Below are positions 46,606 through 47,490 of a stretch of 47,490 bases of DNA, piece by piece. The stretch comes from Candidatus Woesearchaeota archaeon. GTDB lineage: Archaea; Nanobdellota; Nanobdellia; Pacearchaeales; GW2011-AR1. The position numbers and the translations under genes were made by a program. Positions within the stretch are counted from its first letter, which is position 1. Every line of letters begins with the position of its first letter. Under the pieces are notes generated by a model. It was not told the DNA's origin and ran no database searches. It saw only the letters and a list, made by a program, of their open reading frames with translations. The DNA lies in contig CAZYIS010000005.1 in assembly GCA_964647695.1 (NCBI GenBank), positions 1-47,490 on the forward strand, given 5' to 3'.

Positions 46606-47490
46606 ATGGGATTAGTAGAAGATAAGGTTAAGAAGTATCTGGATAAAATAAAGAAGGAAAATGTAAAGATTAATGCAATTTTACATATAAATGAAAATGC
46701 ATTGAATGAAGCAAAAGCAATTGATGCAAAGACTAGAAAAGGAAGATTGTATGGCCAGGTTATTGCTATAAAGAGCAATATAAATGTTAAAGGATTAATT
46801 GCAAATTGTGCATCTCATGTGCTGGAGAATTATGTTTCTACCTATGATGCCGCAGTTATTGAAAAAATAAGAGCTGAAGATGGAGTTATTATTGGAATGT
46901 GTAATATGGATGAATTTGCTGCTGGTGGAAGTGGAGAGAAAAGTGCGTTTGGATGTGCTTTGAATCCGGCTGCAGCTGGAAGAATACCTGGAGGTTCATC
47001 ATCGGGATCGGCAAGCGCAGTGGCCGCAGGATTCTGTGATCTAGCTCTGGGAAGCGATACTGGAGGAAGCATAAGAAACCCGGCAAGTAATTGTGGAGTT
47101 ATCGGAGTTAAGCCTAGCTATGGATTGGTTTCTAGATATGGATTAATTGATCTTTCTATGAGTCTTGATCAAATAGGACCTATTGGAACTAAAATAGAGG
47201 ACGTTGCACTTTTGCTTGATGTAATAAAAGGTAAAGATGAAAGAGATACTAAAACTTTTGAATCAAATAAAATTGAAATCTCTAATCCTGGAAAAATTAA
47301 AATTGGAGTGGTGAAAGTTAAGGGAGTAGATAAAAAAATACAAAAATTGATAGATGATAAAATTGGTGAAGTGGTTAAGAAAAATAAGTGGGATTTGAAA
47401 GAAATAGAGATTAAACATATTGACCTTGCGGTGCAGACCTATTATCCTCTTGTTTATGTTGAATTCTTTTCTGGAACCAGAAGATTTGAT
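46606..47490 (+). CDS. gatA: Asp/Glu-tRNA amidotransferase subunit A (partial, runs off window end)
   Basis: Manual translation: NMDEFA, PGGSSSGSA, LGSDTGGSIRNPA, GVKPSYGLVSRYGL amidase signature. Confidence 0.93.
   Translation, partial: MGLVEDKVKKYLDKIKKENVKINAILHINENALNEAKAIDAKTRKGRLYGQVIAIKSNINVKGLIANCASHVLENYVSTYDAAVIEKIRAEDGVIIGMCNMDEFAAGGSGEKSAFGCALNPAAAGRIPGGSSSGSASAVAAGFCDLALGSDTGGSIRNPASNCGVIGVKPSYGLVSRYGLIDLSMSLDQIGPIGTKIEDVALLLDVIKGKDERDTKTFESNKIEISNPGKIKIGVVKVKGVDKKIQKLIDDKIGEVVKKNKWDLKEIEIKHIDLAVQTYYPLVYVEFFSGTRRFD

Noticed and set aside
46596-47086. Three small minus-strand ORFs at the window end
   Set aside because: Antisense to gatA, which the ORF track missed because it is truncated

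Overview
AT-rich archaeal chromosome segment. Gene content points to a DPANN/Nanobdellota organism, most like Pacearchaeota (an inference from the genes, not a database result). The backbone is information-processing genes: rpo12, eL43, uL11, spt5, scpA, eS31, eS24, spt4, rpo7, aIF2-gamma, eS6, aIF5B, rtcB/archease, proS, gatD, gatE, aspS, gatC, gatA and tRNA-Pro(UGG). Short ORFans are interleaved between them. The main candidates for something new are: (1) a 419-aa protein with a SigH/ComX-like sigma-70 region 2, unexpected in an archaeon; (2) a GlnD/DUF294-like nucleotidyltransferase plus two Fic paralogues, inserted between gatD and gatE; (3) a tRNA-Pro whose G19:C56 elbow pair is swapped to C19:G56; (4) a four-gene operon with a small alarmone-hydrolase-like HD protein, flanked by a repeated palindrome next to a TrmB regulator; (5) two promoter-preceded hairpins in a 540-bp gene-free gap; (6) a divergent CARF-like / wHTH gene pair; (7) loss of zinc ribbons in eL43 and aIF2-gamma. 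All assignments come from reading motifs by eye; no searches were run.
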